Part shown: one piece after another, positions 62,006 through 64,000 of the stretch
Layout of the letters: each line of letters begins with the position of its first letter
Numbering within the stretch: position 1 is the stretch's first letter
Assembly (NCBI RefSeq): GCF_964194155.1
Contig: NC_135888.1
Span: 15,004,001 to 15,068,000 of the forward strand
DNA from: Cetorhinus maximus
Taxonomy: Eukaryota
Direction: 5' to 3'
Length of the DNA stretch: 64,000 bases
Made by a program: the position numbers and the translations under genes
The notes under the pieces: model-generated
Databases searched by the model: none
What the model saw: only the letters and a program-made list of their open reading frames with translations
Told to the model about the DNA's origin: nothing

Positions 62006-63589
62006 CCCATTTCGTGATGGGTTCTTCAGACCTGAATTTTACAAGTGATTACAATTGAGTTTACAAGCAGCTATGATCTTGTGAATTTGCTTATTTAGAC
62101 CACATCTCTGTGGAGAGCATTTGATTAATGGCAATCCCTGGTCTAAAATGAGCAAGCCAGATTAACATGGTAACATTTTACAATCAGATGACGTGGGGGC
62201 AAAGCCATAGGAACTCTGCTATTACTTTAATAATATACCATGTGTAAAGAGTCTATTTGAAATATGACTTTGAAAAAGCAGATATGTTAAATAATTTCAG
62301 GCATAAAGATTTGCTGTTTGGGTTCCCCAATGGCACAATAGATATGTGCCCCATTTGGTGCACTACTACTGAGCAATAAAGTGCACTACAAATACCCAAA
62401 ACATAGGTCAAAAGCTATAGCATTGTTCAAGCTAGGGAGTACCTCAAATATAATACAAAAGCAAAATACTGCAGATTCTGGAAATTTGAGATAAAAACAG
62501 AAAATGCTGGAAACACTCAGCAGATTAGATAGCATCAGTGGAGAGAAAAACAGAGCCAATGTTTTGTGGCCTTTCATCAGAACTGTGAAAACTTGGGAAA
62601 AGTAATAGGTTTTGTGTAGGTGAATGGAGGGAAGATGGGAAGAAGACAAAAGGGAAATCTCTGACAGGATGGAGAGCAGAGAGATTGAATGGCAAAAGTT
62701 TTCATGGTGCAAGCCAAAGGGGGTTCTAATGGGGCATGTAAAGGAATGGAAGATGGCAGAATTTTCAAAGGGGCGCAGGCTCGATGGGCTGAAGGGTCTT
62801 TTTCTGTGCCTGTTCTCTATGACTCTACGGCCAATGGGGGCTGGACTAGAAGCAGGCTGCCATGGAATTTCAAACTGGTGTGCCACTTTGCAGACACAAT
62901 CCCTGAGCCATTTTCGAGAAGGCTGGGTTGGGGCGTGAATGGTTACCCACCTGCAGGCGGCGGGCAGCCAATTGAGATAATTGATAGGCCTAGTAAGGCC
63001 CCTGTCCCGTACTGACTGGAATTTTCCAGTTGGCTTGCAGGTCCCACAGCGTAGCCAAAACACAGCCAGTGAAAGGAGGCAGCTTCCTGCTAAGAGATGA
63101 AGGGGCCAGCACCCCAAACAAATTTAAAACTCCCCCACGACCCTGGTGCCCATGGCAAACAATCGCAACAGCTGTGGCGACTGTCCATCCTGTGAAGGGG
63201 TTCCCATTCCACAATGGCGGTTTTTCAGCTGAGGGTGATCTGATTATCCAAAATTTTCAAATGCTGACAGCACCGCCATATCCCTTACCTACTTCAACAG
63301 GCTGCCTTTCGGTACACCCCACCATCCTTAATTAGACAACAAGTGCACTCTCTGACAATTAATTGGCCGCTGGTTAAAAAAAAATGATCAGGTAACTGTT
63401 TCCAATACGATGTGGGGTTGGGACCCTGAAGTTGTCCAGCTGTCACCAAAATGAAAATTCAGCTTAATGTTTCTAGAGGAGGTGTGAATGGCAGGATTTT
63501 GAATAGTTGCTGTCCAAACGCAAAGTAAAGAAAATAAAAGAGCAAGCGAAAAAAAAACCAGCAAAAAAAAATGAAACAAAGTGGGGAAA

Positions 63590-64000
63590 AAAGTTATGAT
63601 CTAAAATTGTTGAACTCAATGTTGAGTTCTAGAAGGTTGCAAAGTGCCTAGTCAAAAGGGGAGGTGCTGTTCTTCAAGCTTGCAATGAGCTTCATTGGAA
63701 CACCGTAGCAGGCCAAAGTCAGGGTAGGAGCAAGGTGGAGAATTAAAGTGAGAGACGGCTGGAAGCTTGGAGTCATGCTTATGGACTGAACAGAGGTGTT
63801 CCACAAAGTCTGTGTTTGATCTCCCTAATGTAAAGGAGACCATATCTTCAGCAGCAAATACATTATACTAAATAGGAAGAAATACAAGTAAATCACCGCT
63901 TTTCCTGGATAGAGTGTTTGGGGCTTTTGATGGTGCGGAGAGGGAAAGTGAAAGAGCAGGTGTTGCATCTCCTGCACTTGCATTGAATGATCATGGGAAG
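63590..64000 (-). mobile_element. Second Penelope-like fragment (GIY-YIG C-terminus), runs off window
   Basis: FVEHLCSVHKHD..LP..SHFNSPP...CKLEEQHL; collinear with 52500-52885. Confidence 0.85.

Noticed and set aside
62386-63117. 243-aa minus-strand ORF
   Set aside because: Chance read-through across adjacent MITE, CR1 tail and Penelope fragments; no domain signal

Overview
Eukaryotic, intron-rich vertebrate DNA, most likely a cartilaginous fish (shark), inferred from its repeats (CR1, Deu-domain SINEs, Penelope, Harbinger, Tx1). It carries the block conserved around human LRRC8A. NUP188 coding exons 1-11 lie on the minus strand and run off the left edge. NUP188 is head-to-head with a single-coding-exon DOLK (plus) through a compact E-box-rich bidirectional promoter. 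A complete 11-coding-exon PHYHD1 (minus, 289 aa) follows, then an intact 804-aa LRRC8/VRAC subunit gene (minus). That gene sits where LRRC8A is expected but has LRRC8D/C-class signatures and altered pore residues, so it may be a non-mammalian paralog. Other notable items: a near-complete two-gene Harbinger transposon with a Tx1 LINE inserted at its Myb-gene stop codon; a ~150-bp tRNA-headed SINE ending in the same ACTC-loop-GAGT hairpin as that Tx1; a tRNA-headed LINE with an internally deleted partner; hammerhead-ribozyme relics, including a palindromic pair; and three short local duplications of host-gene sequence, one an antisense copy of the NUP188 exon 3 splice donor. Exon coordinates were read by hand from GT/AG boundaries and reading-frame continuity. 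Repeat boundaries are approximate, and protein comparisons rely on recalled human sequences, not database searches.
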